A stretch of 64,000 bases of DNA from Azolla caroliniana (Eukaryota > Plantae > Polypodiophyta). Of this stretch, positions 62,610-64,000 are shown piece by piece. The position numbers and the translations under genes were made by a program. Location of the stretch: positions 7,316,001 through 7,380,000 of the forward strand of contig JBHGNT010000021.1 in the NCBI GenBank assembly GCA_043228905.1, given 5' to 3'. Under the pieces are notes generated by a model. The model was given only the letters and a program-made list of their open reading frames with translations, did not search any database and was not told where the DNA came from. Numbering within the stretch: position 1 is the first letter of the stretch; each line of letters begins with the position of its first letter.

Positions 62610-64000
62610 CTCTGCTCTTCTGCCGCCTCTTTCACGTCGGGTTCACCAAATATGTCGAGGTATTCCTCGCGGATGCGTGGAGTGAGGCGGGACCTCGGGA
62701 GTCCTGTACCGAAGAGTAAGAGAGAGAGAGACCCACTACGTGCGAGAGTAGATTCATAGGGACACGACCCTTCGACGCAAGGACGCGAATGGGACAGCGA
62801 CACAAAAGACACGAAAGTATGTATGTATTGACAAGACAAACAACAAGAACACTAAGACAACAAAACACGAAGTCGGTTACAACCGAACAGGCCGGCGGAC
62901 AGATGCCGATACCTGTTCGTAAACGCACAGAAAGACAGGAACAGGTTGGAGGTGCTGCCGGAAGCACTCGGGCATTCCTCGGAGCAGCGCGAGCCTCCCG
63001 AAACCTGCACAGAAGGAAGCTATGGAGTCTGTGAACCAGAGAGAGAGAGAGAGAGAGAGAAGCCTTCGCGCCCAATCCGACAGCACTTCGTCCTCGACTC
63101 TCCGCGATCCCTTTACTCTCCTCGTCTCCCTCCTTTTATAGACAAGGAAGGAGCCGTTTCCCCTTTACTCCCTACCTACCGAACCTACCTAGGATTTCCT
63201 TAAGGCGCACGTGCATGAAGAGTCGGTTTCTACGCTCCAGTACACCGATTCCACTTGTGGACGGTTTTCTTCACGACACCGCGAGGAAAAACCTCGACAG
63301 CGTGTCAACCAAATCCTTGAGCAGTATCTTCGGTGCTCGGTTAGTTACCAACAAGATGATTGGGGCAACTTACTTTCGCTCGCGGAATTCGCCTACAATA
63401 ATTCTCTCCATGCATCGACTGGCGTCACTCCCTTCTTTGCCAACTACGGTTTACATCCTCGCTTCAACATTTCCCTTCCTACCACTTCCGTGAACCCTTC
63501 GGCGGAGGATCGCGCCCACATTTTGGAAGAAGTACATCATGATTTATCCTTGGAGCTTAGTCTTGCTAGTGAACGATACAAGAAGCAGGCTGATCGCCAT
63601 CGATCTTCCACTCCACACTTTGTCGTTGGAGACATGGTCTGGTTGTTACGCCGACACATCTCTACTACTCGTCCATGTGCGAAACTTGATTACAAGAAGT
63701 TGGGACCATTCCGTATCATCGAGTGCATCAATCCCGTCGCCTTCCGACTCGCCCTTCCATCCCACTTCCGGATTCATGATGTTTTTCATGTCTCCCTCCT
63801 CGAACCCCATTATGCTTCACAACTCCCAGGACGTCAAGCCCCACCACCACCACCTGTGCAATTGACGACAGGGGAGGAATACGAGGTCGACCAAATCCTT
63901 GACTCACGTTGGCACCGTCGACACTTGCAATACCTCGTCCTATGGAGGGGTTACCCCATGTCTGAGGCCACATGGGAACCATCGGCAAATTTACAAAATG

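Larger units (their letters stand above)
56329..63278 (-). mobile_element. Same Gypsy family, inner copy, inserted inverted into the outer 3' LTR
   Basis: LTRs 62653-63278 (5') and 56329-56958 (3'). Exact 4-bp TSD CCGC at 56325-56328 and 63279-63282. PBS 62631-62648 and PPT 56959-56975. Confidence 0.95.
49983..63299 (+). mobile_element. Non-chromovirus Ty3/Gypsy element, outer copy (defective)
   Basis: 5' LTR 49983-50594 (612 bp); 3' LTR 55734-56328 plus 63283-63299 (612 bp). tRNA-Trp PBS 50599-50616, PPT GGTTAGGTGGGGGCAGA before 55734, apparent 4-bp TSD (TCGT/GCGT). Gag-PR runs ~50639-52746 and pol runs to 55660, with deletions. Confidence 0.95.
45828..64000 (+). mobile_element. Ty3/Gypsy chromovirus (Tcn1/Tf1-sushi-like), split by a 13.3-kb nested insertion and running off the window
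   Basis: 5' LTR 45828-46180. Gag from 46231 (LPEKFDG; CMYCGASGHVVHHC), [39 protein letters not shown]. Integrase breaks at QTDGQT (49982) and resumes RVNQILEQYLR at ~63301, followed by GPF and a chromodomain EEYEVDQILDSR..YLVLWRGY..ATWEP at ~63870-64000. Confidence 0.93.

Overview
This is a eukaryotic plant nuclear window, most likely from a fern or another non-seed vascular plant (inferred from the TE lineages and an unedited-looking plastid rpoA insert). It holds two host genes: a 10-exon pinin-like splicing/EJC factor gene (19790-24594, +) and an intronless GC-rich fasciclin-like arabinogalactan protein gene (32346-33392, -). The rest is mostly transposons: an RTE-X-like LINE carrying a hAT-type MITE, L1-type LINE tails, several decayed Ty1/Copia elements with a tRNA-iMet PBS, a tandemly duplicated plastid rpoA fragment, and from about 34.9 kb a deep TE nest. 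Three observations stand out. (1) Two LTR elements, a chromovirus at 45828+ and a non-coding TRIM-like element at 28432-29507, lack a tRNA PBS. Each instead has an 11-nt PBS complementary to the sequence 32 nt after its own TATA box, with four compensatory changes between them, which points to Tf1-style self-priming. (2) An unusual Ty3/Gypsy family has a tRNA-Trp PBS, 4-bp TSDs, an FLDD RT motif, the protease in the Gag frame and a GGAUUUU-UAG -1 frameshift with a pseudoknot. (3) One copy of that family inserted inverted into the 3' LTR of another, making a roughly 6.3-kb-arm inverted repeat with a 16-nt loop. All calls were made by eye; no database searches were run.
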